A stretch of DNA of 64,000 bases, from positions 1,240,001 to 1,304,000 of the forward strand of contig JBLDXI010000001.1 in the NCBI GenBank assembly GCA_047495785.1. Direction: 5' to 3'. Every line of letters starts with the position of its first letter. The first letter of the stretch is position 1. The position numbers and the translations under genes were made by a program. Source of the DNA: Lepidodermella squamata. Its lineage: Eukaryota; Animalia; Gastrotricha. Positions 63,083 through 64,000 of this stretch are shown piece after piece. A model generated the notes under the pieces. It had not been told where the DNA came from. It was given only the letters and a program-made list of their open reading frames with translations, and did not search any database.

Positions 63083-63954
63083 TTTGTCGAAGAAAATCTT
63101 ACGGTTTAAAAGTACGTAAACCTATAAGTGTAGGGAACAACAATCACTGAAGCAACAAGTTTCAGAAGGCTCGAAAGGCCCAGGGTATTTTTCATCTAGA
63201 GAAGAAGTTTCTATTTATTTATTTAATGAGCCATTAATCCATAGTGAGTTGGAAAGCTCAGCTGTAAAAAGAAAGTAGTGATTAAGTTGATTGCAAAACT
63301 ATACAACAAGAAGGCGTGTCTTAGGACAGGTAGAAAACAAATAGGACAAAAGCATGCATGAAAAATCACATCAACAACATGAGACGGTTTCATCAATCGT
63401 TCGTTATAAAAATGTATAAAAAGGCGATTTCAGTTTTCGATAGCAGGTTTAGTGGTGAGCTCGGTAGCGGGCTCGGCAGTGCTTTTGCTTTGTTATTGGA
63501 TGAAATGTTCGCAGACTAACTGCCTGCACTGATCGGCGGTGGATGCTGCTCGGATCTCGTCTCGAAGGCTGTTCCAGAAGACCGCCCCATAATACGGTAG
63601 GCAGCGTTCCACTGTTCTCGATTTTATTTTCGGTGGTTGCAGGATGTTGGTCAAGCCATTTAAGGCTGATTGTTTTCAAGTCGGAGCCGTTGGTTCTCGT
63701 ACATTGGAGAAGGCAGTTAAAGCATCCGGATCTTCCCCATTCATGCATCGCCATCTCCAAGTGGCCAAGTGAACCTTGCGTTTTCCGTCTAAATCAAGCC
63801 AACGCAGACTTTGTCGCAGCGGTTTCGGGTCGCCGTTCGCTGGAGCGCGGCATGTGATCCATGATTCGAACAGCCTGGTCCTGGCGCTTTTTTCCAGTTT
63901 TTTCCAGCTTTGGTGGGGCTTTGTTCTCGAAACATCTCCTCAATCATGTGCAAA

Positions 63955-64000
63955 TTGATAGAGATCGATTTTGAAAGAGATAATAACGCCGATCGGACAG
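63955..64000. repeat. Direct-repeat homolog of 58794-58839
   Basis: 40/46 nt identical, ungapped; runs off the window end. Confidence 0.75.

Noticed and set aside
63449-63958. Overlapping ~100-aa ORFs at the window end
   Set aside because: No recognisable family or supportable exon structure.

Overview
Gene-dense eukaryotic (most likely compact invertebrate animal) DNA with mostly ~45-75 nt GT-AG introns, so the ORF track splits most genes; exon joins below were reconstructed by eye. On the + strand: a divergent class-A-like GPCR, a large MAM/LDLa type-I membrane protein (MALRD1-like), and two tandem LicD/fukutin-family genes (the second followed by tRNA-Thr(CGT), the first by a broken copy of it). 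Next comes a ~25 kb array of 11 divergent tetraspanins with two orphan GPI-anchored-like coiled-coil genes embedded. On the - strand, converging on that array, are six kinase-less two-TM guanylyl-cyclase-family receptors with a NIT-like ectodomain, with one + strand lipase inside the array. Small inverted-repeat insertions are also present. The best candidate novel system is the cyclase array: NIT-GC-like sensors whose putative nitrate-binding arginines and two catalytic determinants appear replaced in all six copies. The species cannot be determined from the sequence.
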